Below are positions 19,801 through 29,059 of a stretch of 48,807 nt of DNA, in pieces (position 1 is the first letter of the stretch; each line of letters opens with the position of its first letter). The position numbers were made by a program, and so were the translations under genes. Below the pieces are notes generated by a model, which was not told the origin of the DNA, searched no databases, and was given only the letters and a program-made list of their open reading frames with translations. The DNA comes from Endozoicomonadaceae bacterium (lineage in GTDB: Bacteria; Pseudomonadota; Gammaproteobacteria; Pseudomonadales; Endozoicomonadaceae): positions 1 through 48,807 of the forward strand of contig JAAOIJ010000120.1 of assembly GCA_015163815.1 (NCBI GenBank). The letters are read 5' to 3'.

Positions 19801-20346
19801 ATGATTGATCAATTTATTAAACTATGTCAAAAAAATATTCACGAAAAATCAGATCAGTTTGCATTAATTCAGACATTAATACCGCATTTCCAAGACTTTA
19901 TAAAACAAGCTGATCAATGGTTAGATTATACTGTTTTAGAATATAATTCAGATGGTTGTATGCGTAATATATTATGCTCTGAAGATAATCTGGGCTTATT
20001 TGTGATGACCTGGAGTTCCTCTAAATCTTCCCCTGTTCATGATCATGCCGATACTTGGGGTATTATGAGTGTATTAGAAGGTTGTTTATGTGAAGAAGAG
20101 TATTATTTTAAATCGCCATTACAAGATGATAGGCTTCATAATGATCTTATCTTGAAAAAAAGAAAATTAACCTACCTAATAGAAGGTTCAATGACTGCTT
20201 TTATTCCTCAACCTGAAAGTTATACGCATTGTATGAAGAATATGACTGAAAAACCTGGTCTTTCAGTTCATCTATATGGTAGTGCTTTAAAAAAATATTA
20301 TCTTTATGATGAGATTACGTCGAAGCGTGAACTTTATGTTGTGTGA
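19801..20346 (+). CDS. Cysteine dioxygenase type I-like cupin (thiol dioxygenase family)
   Basis: TWSSSKSSPVHDHADTWGIMSVLEG, with a later HCMKN, fits the CDO/3-mercaptopropionate dioxygenase His triad. ATG 19801 is preceded by AAGGA; the ORF track starts at 19750. Confidence 0.6.
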   Translation: MIDQFIKLCQKNIHEKSDQFALIQTLIPHFQDFIKQADQWLDYTVLEYNSDGCMRNILCSEDNLGLFVMTWSSSKSSPVHDHADTWGIMSVLEGCLCEEEYYFKSPLQDDRLHNDLILKKRKLTYLIEGSMTAFIPQPESYTHCMKNMTEKPGLSVHLYGSALKKYYLYDEITSKRELYVV

Positions 20347-20513
20347 TTATTTTGACTAACTTCTATTGATATGAGAGCAGATAGTTTAAAGAAGCATGTT
20401 ATTTTATGATAAAAATACTTATAATAATAAAAAAGATATAATTAAATCAATTATTTCTAGTAATGCGCGTTACCCTGTTTTATCTTGTTATTGATAGTTT
20501 AAGAGCGGAAACT

Positions 20514-22208
20514 ATGAGAAAAATAAAGTCAACTTTGATAAAAACATCTTTGCATGGCCGTGCCTTATTAAGAGATCCTATTTTTAACAAAGGAACAGCT
20601 TTTTCCGAGAAAGAGCGCACTGAATTGCATTTACATGGATTGTTACCATTTTATATTGAAGATTTAGACACACAGTGTGCTCGTATTTTAGTGACTTTTA
20701 ACTCTATAAAAACACGATTATTAAAATATAGATATTTGAGATCAGTGCAAGATACCAATGAAACTTTATTTTATGCCTTGATAACGAAACATTTTAGCAT
20801 CATGTTGCCGTATATATATACGCCTACTATTGCTGACGCTTGTAAGCAATTTGGAGCTATTTTACAGGAACCTCGCGGTTTATTTATTGCTTGGTCTCAG
20901 CGTCAATATATTGCAAATATGCTTGATAGTGTCAAAATTCAACCTGAAGTCCTGATTGTTACAGATGGAGAACGTATTTTAGGTATCGGGGATTTTGGTG
21001 TTAATGGGTTGAATATTTGTATTGGTAAATTATCAATTTATACTGCATTGGGTGGCTTTGATCCTGCAAAAACATTACCAGTTGTTTTAGATGTTGGTAG
21101 TAATAATCAAGCATTATTATCAGATTCAAATTATTTAGGATGGAAACATAAGCGTATTGATGAAATAAGCTATGATGTTTTTTGGGCGGATTTTTTGCAA
21201 TCTGTGCACAAAAAATGGCCTACTATATTAATTCATTTTGAAGATTTACATATGGATCATGCACTCAAATTAATGCGAAACTATCAGCAATCTTTATGTT
21301 GCTTTAATGATGATGCTCAAGGTACAGCAGCTATTGTCACAGGTTGTTTGTTAGCCGCATTAAAGCGAGCTAAACAATCTTTAAAAATGAGTAAAATAAT
21401 TATTGTAGGTGCAGGCACTGCTGGATGTGGTATTGCCATGCAGTTAAATCGATTTTTTCAGCAAAATGGTGTAATAGAATCTCATGTCCAAAAACATCTT
21501 TATCTTGTTGATAAAGAAGGTTTATTAGTAGATAGTATGGGAAACTTGAATGATATTCAAAAACAATTTGCTCAACCTGCAAACGTTATTTCACATTGGA
21601 TGAATGAAACAGGCATGATCACTTTAGACGCACTGATTGATTACGTAAAGCCTAATATTTTGATTGGTGTGACAGGTGTTGAAGATTTATTTTCTGAATC
21701 AATGATTAGGCGTATGGCTCAATATCATGAGCATCCTATTATTTTCCCATTATCGAATCCAACGCAATATATTGAAGCAATACCTTCGAATGTATTGCAT
21801 TGGAGTCAATATAAAGCTTTTATTGCTACAGGAAGTCCTTTTGAAGCTATTGTGAAAGATGGTGTCTCTTTTTCAATTACGCAATGTAATAATATCTATA
21901 TTTTTCCTGCATTAGGCTTAGCTGTTAAAATGATTCAAGCTTTGCGTATTACAGACCGGATGTTAGATGCTGCAGCGTATACTTTATCAGATGTTTCTCC
22001 TGTTGCATCGGATAATCAAACAGGCTTATTACCGTCATTAGACTGCATACCTAAAGCCATTCAGTCGATTGCTTTAGCTGTAGCAAAAACAGGTATTGAA
22101 GAAGGTGTAGCCCAACATACTGTTTTGATTGATGAATTAGAAAATAGAATGCAAGCAATATATTGGAAGCCTATTTATCCATCTTTAGAACCTTTAACCT
22201 CTGAATAA
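20514..22208 (+). CDS. maeA: NAD-dependent malic enzyme
   Basis: LLRDPIFNKGTAFS, FNDDAQGTAAIVTG and IVGAGTAGCGIA. The start is placed at ATG 20514 (MRKIKS...); the ORF track starts at 20463. Confidence 0.9.
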   Translation: MRKIKSTLIKTSLHGRALLRDPIFNKGTAFSEKERTELHLHGLLPFYIEDLDTQCARILVTFNSIKTRLLKYRYLRSVQDTNETLFYALITKHFSIMLPYIYTPTIADACKQFGAILQEPRGLFIAWSQRQYIANMLDSVKIQPEVLIVTDGERILGIGDFGVNGLNICIGKLSIYTALGGFDPAKTLPVVLDVGSNNQALLSDSNYLGWKHKRIDEISYDVFWADFLQSVHKKWPTILIHFEDLHMDHALKLMRNYQQSLCCFNDDAQGTAAIVTGCLLAALKRAKQSLKMSKIIIVGAGTAGCGIAMQLNRFFQQNGVIESHVQKHLYLVDKEGLLVDSMGNLNDIQKQFAQPANVISHWMNETGMITLDALIDYVKPNILIGVTGVEDLFSESMIRRMAQYHEHPIIFPLSNPTQYIEAIPSNVLHWSQYKAFIATGSPFEAIVKDGVSFSITQCNNIYIFPALGLAVKMIQALRITDRMLDAAAYTLSDVSPVASDNQTGLLPSLDCIPKAIQSIALAVAKTGIEEGVAQHTVLIDELENRMQAIYWKPIYPSLEPLTSE

Positions 22209-22215
22209 ATAGTCA

Positions 22216-24207
22216 ATGAAGCAGATTCGTATTTTTATTGCAGAAAAACCAGAATTAGCAAAAGCTATTGCGAATGCTTTAGGAAACAGCAAGCGCCAAG
22301 CAGGTTATTTTACATGTGGCTCGGATTATGTCACTTGGTGTGTAGGTCATATGTTAGTTTTATATGACCCTGAAGATTATGATTTGAGTTATAAGCGATG
22401 GAATTTGCAACAGTTGCCCATTATTCATATGCCTTGGAAGCGTAAAGTATTGCCTGATAAAGCTGCGCAATTAAATATTATTAAGCGATTATTAAAGCAA
22501 GCAACAGAAGTTATTCATGCAGGAGATCCAGATGAAGAAGGTCAATTATTAGTCGATAATGTATTAGCTTATTTTCAATGTGTGATACCAGTCAAACGCT
22601 TATTAGTGAATGATAATAATATTCATGTTGTGAAGAAAAGTTTACAGACACTTAAAAATAATGAAGATTTCAAAGGATTATCAGCTAGAGCAGAAGCGCG
22701 TAGTGTTGCAGATCAACTGTATGGTTATAATATGACGCGTTTATATACTGTTGCCGCAAAACAAAAAGGATATCAAACTGTATTATCAGTAGGGCGTGTA
22801 CAAACGCCGATATTAGGTTTAGTGGTTCGTCGAGATCAACAGCATGAACAGCATCAAAAAAGTATTTTTTATACAATCAAAGGTCAATTTGACTTTCCTG
22901 ATAGGCCAGGCATTAAAGCCATTTATCAAGTTCAATCTGAAGATATACAGGATCATAAGAATCGTTTGATTTCTTTGGACTATACGAAAAGGATAGCAGA
23001 AAAAATAATCGGGACTACAGCTTATATTGCTAATACACACTGTGTTGATCATCAAAAAATGCCACCTTTGCCTTATAATTTATTAAAATTACAAACTGAT
23101 GCAAATCGTAAGTTTCAAATCAAACCGCATGAGGTATTGAGCATTACGCAGCGTCTGCGTGAAGTTTATCAATTAATTACTTATAATCGCTCAGATTGCC
23201 AATATTTATCAGATGAACATCATCCTGAAGCTTATTCAGTGTTACAGTCAATTGCTGCAACAGCGCCAATATTATCAGCAGCTTGTCAAAAAGCAAACCC
23301 TTTACTCAAGAGTAAAGCTTTTAATTCTAAAAAAGTTAGCGCTCATCATGCTATTATTCCAACACAAAAAATCACTGATTTAACACGTTTATCAGATCGA
23401 GAAAAGCAAATTTACTTATTGATTGCTAGAAGTTATATTGCTCAATTTTTTCCAGTTCTTCGCTATCAAGAAGCCATATTAATGATTGAATGCAACACAC
23501 ATCCTCAGACTCATAAAAGTTTACAATTTAAAGTAACTAATCGTAGAATTCTCTCAGGAGGTTGGAGTGTATTATATAAAAATGACATTGGAAATGAAGA
23601 GTGTAAAAAACAATATGGACCTGATTTATCTTGTTTTTATAAAACCATGCAAGGTATCTGTTCTGATAGTCAATTATTCACGCATGAAACAAGTGCATTA
23701 CCCTACTATACCGTACATTCACTATTAAAAGATTTAACCTGTATTTCAAAATATGCTAAGAATAGTAAAATAAAAACATTACTAAAAGATAAAGATCAAG
23801 GGAAGTTAGGAGAATCAGGAGGTATTGGTACACCTGCAACACGCTCATATATTATCAAACAATTATTTGATCGACAGTTTTTACAAGAAAAAGGTAAAGC
23901 CATTGTCTCAACAACTTTAGGGCGCCAACTATATGCTTTGTTGCCTGAGCAAGCCACTCAACCAGATATGACTGCATTATGGCATGAGCAGCAAAAAGAA
24001 ATTGAATTAGGTGTGTTATCTATTCAGGATTTTATTTTAAATTTAGTGGATTATTTACAGGGAGAGGTCAGTAGAATTCGGCAATATGGTTTATCGTTGA
24101 AGTTGCAAGGTGAAGTCTGTTTACAATGTCAGCAAGGCGTTTTAGTGAAACGAAAAAGTAAGTATGGTTCGTTTACAGGATGTAGTCGGTATCCTGATTG
24201 TCCATAA
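22216..24207 (+). CDS. topB: DNA topoisomerase III
   Basis: The N-terminus IFIAEKPELAKAIA...VTWCVGHML resembles E. coli TopB. TOPRIM motif DPDEEGQLL. Catalytic Tyr motif ITYNRSDCQYL. C-terminal zinc ribbon CLQC...GCSRYPDC. Confidence 0.9.
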   Translation: MKQIRIFIAEKPELAKAIANALGNSKRQAGYFTCGSDYVTWCVGHMLVLYDPEDYDLSYKRWNLQQLPIIHMPWKRKVLPDKAAQLNIIKRLLKQATEVIHAGDPDEEGQLLVDNVLAYFQCVIPVKRLLVNDNNIHVVKKSLQTLKNNEDFKGLSARAEARSVADQLYGYNMTRLYTVAAKQKGYQTVLSVGRVQTPILGLVVRRDQQHEQHQKSIFYTIKGQFDFPDRPGIKAIYQVQSEDIQDHKNRLISLDYTKRIAEKIIGTTAYIANTHCVDHQKMPPLPYNLLKLQTDANRKFQIKPHEVLSITQRLREVYQLITYNRSDCQYLSDEHHPEAYSVLQSIAATAPILSAACQKANPLLKSKAFNSKKVSAHHAIIPTQKITDLTRLSDREKQIYLLIARSYIAQFFPVLRYQEAILMIECNTHPQTHKSLQFKVTNRRILSGGWSVLYKNDIGNEECKKQYGPDLSCFYKTMQGICSDSQLFTHETSALPYYTVHSLLKDLTCISKYAKNSKIKTLLKDKDQGKLGESGGIGTPATRSYIIKQLFDRQFLQEKGKAIVSTTLGRQLYALLPEQATQPDMTALWHEQQKEIELGVLSIQDFILNLVDYLQGEVSRIRQYGLSLKLQGEVCLQCQQGVLVKRKSKYGSFTGCSRYPDCP

Positions 24208-24221
24208 ACAAATGGTATAAA

Positions 24222-24405
24222 AGTCCCCGATTTACCGCTCATACGGCCGCCTTCAAGTCCAGTGCTTAAAGGGGGGTGGCGTGTAGCATGCTTTGGGTTC
24301 CCTACTCAGTTGGTAGGTTTACGCTCCCGCATACTAGCTTTGCCACCTGGCGCGATAGTATCGACTCTGAGACATAGGTATGTCGCGAATAAACCAGATA
24401 GACTC
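24222..24405 (-). ncRNA. ssrS: 6S RNA (ssrS)
   Basis: A ~184-nt GC-rich island lies immediately downstream of zapA on the same strand, which is the conserved gammaproteobacterial position. A closing stem forms between CUGGUUUAUU (24388-24397) and GGUAAAUCGG (24227-24236). A perfect TATAAT (24411-24416, minus strand) lies about 7 nt upstream of the proposed 5' end. The ends are approximate. Confidence 0.7.
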
Positions 24406-24421
24406 GTAGTATTATAACCTG

Positions 24422-24721
24422 TTAAATTGATGGAACTAAAGCATTTTCTAATAAAAGTGTTAATTCTTGTAATTTATTGTGTTGTTGTTTGGTTTCAGTC
24501 TGTTGTTTTTTTTGTATTAATAGTTCGTGGGTTAAATTTAAAGCAGCGATAATGCTGATTTGCTCCATTTCAATGAGCTGACTATTTTTTTTGATATCTT
24601 TCATCTTTTCATTTAGATAAGCAGCTGATTGAATTAAAGCTTCTTGCTCTTCTGCCGGGGCATGAATACGATATGTTTTATCCATAATGGTAATCGTTGT
24701 TGCTGGATTTTCTGTAGTCAT
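24422..24721 (-). CDS. zapA: Cell division protein ZapA
   Basis: 99 aa. ITIMDKTYRIHAPAEEQEALIQSAAYLNEKM...ISIIAALNLTHEL parallels E. coli ZapA ([31 protein letters not shown]...VFIAALNISYEL). Confidence 0.88.
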   Translation of the reverse strand: MTTENPATTITIMDKTYRIHAPAEEQEALIQSAAYLNEKMKDIKKNSQLIEMEQISIIAALNLTHELLIQKKQQTETKQQHNKLQELTLLLENALVPSI

Positions 24722-24728
24722 TGATTGA

Positions 24729-24875
24729 TCACTCCAATTCCTGTAAACGACTAATCATCGATTCAATTTTAATGCGTATTAAATCATTTTTTTGAATCAA
24801 TTTGGTTCGCTCGTGTTCCCAGCTTTTTTTGTTCTGTTGTAATATCTTATTTTCTTGTTTTAATTGATCATCCAT
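24729..24875 (-). CDS. Small coiled-coil protein upstream of zapA (TIGR02449/ZapB-like); absent from the ORF track (<60 aa)
   Basis: Manual translation gives MDDQLKQENKILQQNKKSWEHERTKLIQKNDLIRIKIESMISRLQELE*. The stop lies 7 nt before the zapA ATG. The ER..L..KN...R.(K/R)IE(S/A)MI.RL..LE pattern matches the small ORF that precedes zapA in Pseudomonas-type loci, as remembered. Confidence 0.55.
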   Translation of the reverse strand: MDDQLKQENKILQQNKKSWEHERTKLIQKNDLIRIKIESMISRLQELE

Positions 24876-25306
24876 TTTCTTGCGGTCTCTTTAATTATTA
24901 CTTTATCTTTAATATACAATTGATATTTGTTACATTGCAAGTAGCATTTTATATAAGTTTAAAAAATGACGGAGTATTTGGCCTGTCTTCAATCTAAAAG
25001 TCATACAATATTATTTATATTGATTATGAATGATCTCAAAGGATTGCGTCTGCTGTATCAATGATCTCATTTAAAATGCTTCATAAAATGAATAACATAT
25101 TTTTTTTAGTATTAGCGTATTTTGAGATAACAGTGTCTATTCCTCATTTTTTTTTGATGGTTCTCAAATTAATTCAGAATCATATCCTTTAGCTTCTGTA
25201 AAATAGCTGGTTTTTTTTATTTAACATCAGGCAAAGTATCAGTTTTGAATTATGAGCTGCACTTTCAGTGATTTCAAAATCAATCTGAAACTCCTTTCCG
25301 TCAATC

Positions 25307-25486
25307 AGAATAAGTTATCAATTGATTCGTAGAAAATGAAATCAATTGATCGAACGTTTTGACTGGACAACGGATTAGTCAAACCAAGATCAACAAATAT
25401 TCATTGATCTGTTGATTGAAAAGATTTCTGAATATATTGTAAATGTAAGCTTCAAAAATCAAAATTGACTGGATATTTTTATGAAA
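25307..25486 (+). repeat. Direct repeat copy A (~180 bp) flanking the 1018-aa gene
   Basis: Aligns base-for-base with 29060-29238. It is near-identical over the first ~140 bp and more diverged afterwards. It contains TCAATTGAT twice (25318-25326 and 25342-25350) and the dyad GATCAA-N10-TTGATC. Confidence 0.9.
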
Positions 25487-25700
25487 TTCATAGAGATATG
25501 AAGAGGTCGAACTGGATATCCTTTACGATGATGACTTGTTTGGATAGTATGGGGTTTGTCGTGCCTGAATTGTTGCACACCTATGTCCATGATTCAGTTG
25601 TTTTCATTTTTTTTCAAACAATTGATTTCTTCAGCATGGGTCAAATTGATTTCAGATTAACAGCTGCTATGGATTGAAGTAGGCGATGTGATTCTCCTAT

Positions 25701-28700
25701 TCATTCTGGATATAAATAAGACTCCGTGACATAAGTGACACATTTAGCTGTTTTACATAATAAATTTTTCAATGTTTCAAAATTATAAGCTTGATTGATT
25801 GTAGTCTTCAACATTTTTTGATACGCAGGCGTTTCGATTTCTAAATAAATGAAGCTATGATTAGGATTTAGTGTGTGTTGAAGAGTTAAGGCGGTCAGTA
25901 CAAAAACATATTTTTTTAAAGTTTTCGATGTAATCAATGCATTATAGGTATCACTATTGTCTGAAGCGCATACATAATGCTGACGACCTTGTATTTCCAC
26001 ATAAATAGAACAAGGTGTATCTGCTGATTCTAATGGATAGTGTTCATGGTTTCTGAAGACTAAGTCAACAGGGCTAACAAGCCTCCCTTCAATGTGTTCG
26101 CAATATTCACTTTGTTGCGTGACACCGTTGATTTTAGGCATTTTTGAAATTATCTTCTTTTTTTCAAGCGTTTCTGTTTCTGTTCTGAAATGCTCAGCTC
26201 GTTTTAGAGTATCTTGATTTAATAGATCGCGATGCTTATCGCTTAAGGCTAGAAGCCTGGTGGAGTTTTTCTCATCCACTAGATTCTTTTGTTGAAAAAA
26301 ATACAAGATAAAATAAATTTCTTGATATATATTCAAATAGATAAGATGCTGTTTTGGGGGTATATCTGAATGAGCAGCCTCTAACAATTCATGCATTTTA
26401 TTAGAGCACATCAGTAAGAAGTGAATAGATTCTTTTAATGTTTTTATTTTTTTTTCTTTATCTTCTACGCTTAGAGTATCTTGTTGATGCAATATTTCAT
26501 GAAATTTCAATAAGCTCGTTTGGCATAATTGATACAAGCATTGAAAATATCTATATTTTTTATACTTAGGAAAGATGATCATTGTATCGTGTCCCTGATA
26601 GGGGTATACATTATTGGCGTATACATTTTCGGCATATTTTTTTAATTCTAGGTTTGATATACTCCCATATCCTAAATCGTATCCTGATAGTTCTATATGA
26701 TATAGTTGTAACTGCAGATGACAAGGAACGTGTTCTGTTCTCATGGCTTCTTTCAACCATGGATACATTTTCTGATATATACGTATAATATATGCATTAT
26801 AGGCTTTAATGTTCAAAGGTTGGATATGTTGTCGTAAAAATATATCTAATTCAATAACTAAAAGAAATGTTATATCATGTTTTTTATTAATATAAGACTC
26901 AAAGTTTTGTAATACATATATTATCTGTTCTTTACTAAAAACGATATTTTTTAAATTTTTTTTGCTAGTGCGGTAGAAAAAATTGAGTCCTTCTAATATA
27001 TTTAGGTGCAAATTTAAGGGATAGGCATAAGGTATTCTTTCTAATAGATCTTTCTCGGCATGGAACCATTGTTGTTTATAATCTTGATATTGAAAATATT
27101 TTTCAAAAAATTGAATATCCCAAAAATTTTGATAGGTTGATAATGCACTGATAACAGAGCATATGATTCTATTATTGACGTGTTTTTTCTGATAATCTAC
27201 AGCATATATAATATATGTTTGATAAATATCTCGGAGCATCTTGTGATCTTGATTATATGCTACATCTTTCCCGGTTAATATGATTAAAGATCTAGAGATA
27301 TGCTCTTCCAAGATTCCAGTCAAACGCTTTGTTTGAGAATAAAATAAAGAATGTTTTACATTCAAAGATTTGGACCAGTTGTGATAAAAAGTGATCAATA
27401 CATTTTTTAATGAAGATGAGTCATTCTGTATGATCAGAGTAATTTTTGGAGTGCATATCAATCTTTTTATGCTGAATAGAATGCTTTGATAAGAAAACAT
27501 ATCGATTGCAAGAGGATCAGCTTGTAATTTGATAAGCCCTTCTATTATTTTTTTAATCAAGTGTATAGTAATCTTCGCTGTTTTTTGATTAGCAGAGAGT
27601 ACAAAAGGAATGCAACTTTGATCGTTAGCATCATCAGATATTCTATATAATAGCCTATGCAATAATTCAAGATTGATAGCACATTTTCCTGAATTTTGTA
27701 TTGTTAAATCAAGAAATTGATCATATATTTCTTGATTAATAATAATTTTATTGATGATATAAATATAGAATGAATTTATTTTTTCCTCACATTCTTGCGT
27801 TGTAAAAAATAAGCAAAAAATTCTTCTTATGTAAAATATTGCTTCCACTCTCTTTTCCCATTGCAATTGCTGGAAGCATCTGCTGTTTAAAAAAGAGATT
27901 ATCAGTTGATAAATTATTTGATACTCTTGGCGCATTTTTTTATAATCAATTAATTTTTTGAAGCGGGTGCATTGAAAGAATGCTTTGTATTCAATATATT
28001 GCAATAAATGAATCCATAAAGAAGATGATATCGCTGATCCAGGTAATCTATCATAGCCCTGTATTTCATCATCAAATAACCGATTAATCAGTGTTTTATA
28101 TTGATAGATCTTTTTCTCTAATATCTCTAAACTGTGAGAAGAACTGATGATCTCTTTCAGAATTTTTTCAGCTTGCATTGTATCTATAGGTTGATGCTTT
28201 ATGTGTGAATGAGATGTGACTTTCATTTTTGTAGATTGAATTATCTCCTCAGGTGAAGCTGGATGTCGCAAATGTTTACGAGAACTCCTTGAATCATCAG
28301 CATAATATGTTACTTGAGAGCTGGCATGAAACCGACTACTAGACTGACCAGATGAATGAACACGTGCAATATCACGTGCAGTATGGTCTTTATCTTTTGA
28401 AGAAGGAGTATCACTATGCAATTTTATTTTTTTATATTGAACTATCTTCTCAGGTGAATCTGAATTTCGCGAACGCTTACGAGAACTCCTTGAATAATCA
28501 GTATGATTTTTTTCTTGATCCTTGAGATACAACCGACTACTAGACTGACCAGATGAATGAATACGTGCAATATTACGTGCAGTATGGTCTTTATCTTTTG
28601 AAGAAGGAGTATCACTATGCAATTTTATTTTTTTATCTTGAACTATCTTCTCAGGTGAATCTGAATTTCGCGAACGCTTACGAGCACTCCTTGAGTAATC

Positions 28701-28757
28701 ATTCTGATATGGATGATGTCGATAGGTACGATCAGCGCTATATTTTAATTTTGGCAA
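25701..28757 (-). CDS. Orphan 1018-aa protein: N-terminal basic/Ser-rich tandem repeats, helical middle, C-terminal RAP/DUF559-like motif (effector-like)
   Basis: Uninterrupted 3-kb ORF with 67-aa repeats (SRS.RKRSRNSDSPEKIVQ.KKIKLHSDTPSSKDKDHTAR.IAR.HSSGQSSSR). The C-terminus reads SPVDLVF...CSIYVEIQGRQHYV...SKTLKKYV...FIYLEIE. No family recognised for the remainder. Confidence 0.65.
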   Translation of the reverse strand: MPKLKYSADRTYRHHPYQNDYSRSARKRSRNSDSPEKIVQDKKIKLHSDTPSSKDKDHTARNIARIHSSGQSSSRLYLKDQEKNHTDYSRSSRKRSRNSDSPEKIVQYKKIKLHSDTPSSKDKDHTARDIARVHSSGQSSSRFHASSQVTYYADDSRSSRKHLRHPASPEEIIQSTKMKVTSHSHIKHQPIDTMQAEKILKEIISSSHSLEILEKKIYQYKTLINRLFDDEIQGYDRLPGSAISSSLWIHLLQYIEYKAFFQCTRFKKLIDYKKMRQEYQIIYQLIISFLNSRCFQQLQWEKRVEAIFYIRRIFCLFFTTQECEEKINSFYIYIINKIIINQEIYDQFLDLTIQNSGKCAINLELLHRLLYRISDDANDQSCIPFVLSANQKTAKITIHLIKKIIEGLIKLQADPLAIDMFSYQSILFSIKRLICTPKITLIIQNDSSSLKNVLITFYHNWSKSLNVKHSLFYSQTKRLTGILEEHISRSLIILTGKDVAYNQDHKMLRDIYQTYIIYAVDYQKKHVNNRIICSVISALSTYQNFWDIQFFEKYFQYQDYKQQWFHAEKDLLERIPYAYPLNLHLNILEGLNFFYRTSKKNLKNIVFSKEQIIYVLQNFESYINKKHDITFLLVIELDIFLRQHIQPLNIKAYNAYIIRIYQKMYPWLKEAMRTEHVPCHLQLQLYHIELSGYDLGYGSISNLELKKYAENVYANNVYPYQGHDTMIIFPKYKKYRYFQCLYQLCQTSLLKFHEILHQQDTLSVEDKEKKIKTLKESIHFLLMCSNKMHELLEAAHSDIPPKQHLIYLNIYQEIYFILYFFQQKNLVDEKNSTRLLALSDKHRDLLNQDTLKRAEHFRTETETLEKKKIISKMPKINGVTQQSEYCEHIEGRLVSPVDLVFRNHEHYPLESADTPCSIYVEIQGRQHYVCASDNSDTYNALITSKTLKKYVFVLTALTLQHTLNPNHSFIYLEIETPAYQKMLKTTINQAYNFETLKNLLCKTAKCVTYVTESYLYPE
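28210..28705 (-). repeat. In-frame 201-bp tandem repeat (~2.5 copies) inside the 5' end of the 1018-aa gene
   Basis: ACCGACTACTAGACTGACC recurs at 28331 and 28532, giving a 201-bp (67-codon) period. A diverged partial third copy lies at about 28210-28330. Confidence 0.9.
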
Positions 28758-29059
28758 AGTAATCCCCTTTTTTATTCAAAGAGTAAAATCAATAATCAAG
28801 ATCTAACTTGTGCGTTGTTTTCTTTTAACAGATAGAATCTTTATCATCCTTGTTATATAGACAATAGATATGAAAAATAAATGCATCAATCATCAAACAA
28901 ATATAGATAGAGAAACTGTACATTCAGTTTTTCAGTAAAAATATATGTTTTAAATATCAATGATATAAGAATATATTATATAATAATGTGTTGCTTATTT
29001 ATTTTTTTTGAATTAGAGAGAATGTGGAGAAATATGAGATCAAATGTCAATAAATCAAT

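Noticed and set aside
25465-25677. 70-aa plus-strand ORF starting inside direct-repeat copy A
   Set aside because: It has a TTG start, no RBS and no recognisable motif. The equivalent position in copy B is not open, so it is probably non-coding.
26705-26713. GTTGTAACT, the exact E. coli Ter core, inside the 1018-aa gene
   Set aside because: A single 9-mer is about what chance would give in ~49 kb on two strands. The flanks do not match Ter, and the critical G at Ter position 6 is absent.
28210-28705. Tandem repeats as a possible CRISPR array
   Set aside because: The 201-bp units are contiguous with no spacers, in frame and inside a long ORF. No short repeat-spacer architecture exists anywhere in the window.
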